This document shows positions 63,904 to 64,000 of a stretch of 64,000 bases of DNA, in pieces. A program made the position numbers and the translations under genes. Positions within the stretch are counted from its first letter, which is position 1, and each line of letters begins with the position of its first letter. The notes below the pieces were generated by a model, which had not been told where the DNA came from, searched no databases, and was given only the letters and a program-made list of their open reading frames with translations. Location of the stretch: IMG/VR virus record IMGVR_UViG_3300042308_001616, positions 62,001-126,000 of that record; one strand, 5' to 3'.

Positions 63904-64000
63904 ATGGCAATTCAAATTGGAAAATACAAGAGGCCGGGAATATTCCTCGAGGAATACGACAACTCGGTCATCGCCACTCCGATTGTCGAGGGTATAACTA
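63904..64000 (+). CDS. gp18: Tail sheath protein, N-terminal fragment (runs off window end)
   Basis: MAIQIGKYKRPGIFLEEYDNS matches the PG[VI]..xE.D start of sheath proteins; TATATA upstream. Confidence 0.75.
   Translation, partial: MAIQIGKYKRPGIFLEEYDNSVIATPIVEGIT

Noticed and set aside
1-64000. Possible stop-codon reassignment, as in some jumbo phages
   Set aside because: Core genes are full length in code 11, and TAG, TGA and TAA all end well-formed genes. The one in-frame TAG (54695) comes with a frameshift, which fits decay.
1-64000. tRNA genes, group I/II introns, riboswitches
   Set aside because: None recognised by eye in the short intergenic regions; tRNAscan-SE and Infernal would be needed to exclude divergent ones.

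Overview
This window comes from a large, AT-rich, T4-like (myovirus-type) jumbo phage genome in the standard genetic code. The host is probably in Bacteroidota, based on TAnnTT(T/C)G promoter boxes, A-rich leaders without Shine-Dalgarno sites, and a Bacteroidota-style ClpS and tmRNA resume motif. Recognisable core genes are major capsid (gp23), prohead protease fused to a scaffold (gp21), portal (gp20), large terminase (gp17) with a candidate small subunit, gp2, gp4, gp15, gp25, clamp loader (gp44), a short gp55-like late sigma factor and the start of tail sheath (gp18). Accessory highlights: (1) two giant fibre proteins with strict Gly-X-Y tracts where X/Y are almost all Ser/Thr, next to a GT4/TibC-type O-heptosyltransferase fusion, a GT2/GT7-type glycosyltransferase and a methyltransferase, suggesting a phage-encoded glycosylated collagen-like fibre system; (2) about a dozen unrelated proteins, including a nucleotidyltransferase, an ART-like protein, a cysteine hydrolase and a LysM protein, that share an N-terminal motif resembling the T4 capsid-targeting sequence; (3) a tmRNA not shown in the ORF track, with an unusual 27-residue tag, plus RNase R, ClpS and a UVR-motif protein; (4) a family-A-polymerase-like protein without an exonuclease and an RNA-ligase-fold protein lacking its catalytic lysine; (5) a self-complementary TATATA late-promoter motif and a prfB-like CTT-TGA site at the end of the sigma gene. 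All functional calls come from motifs read by eye; no database searches were run.
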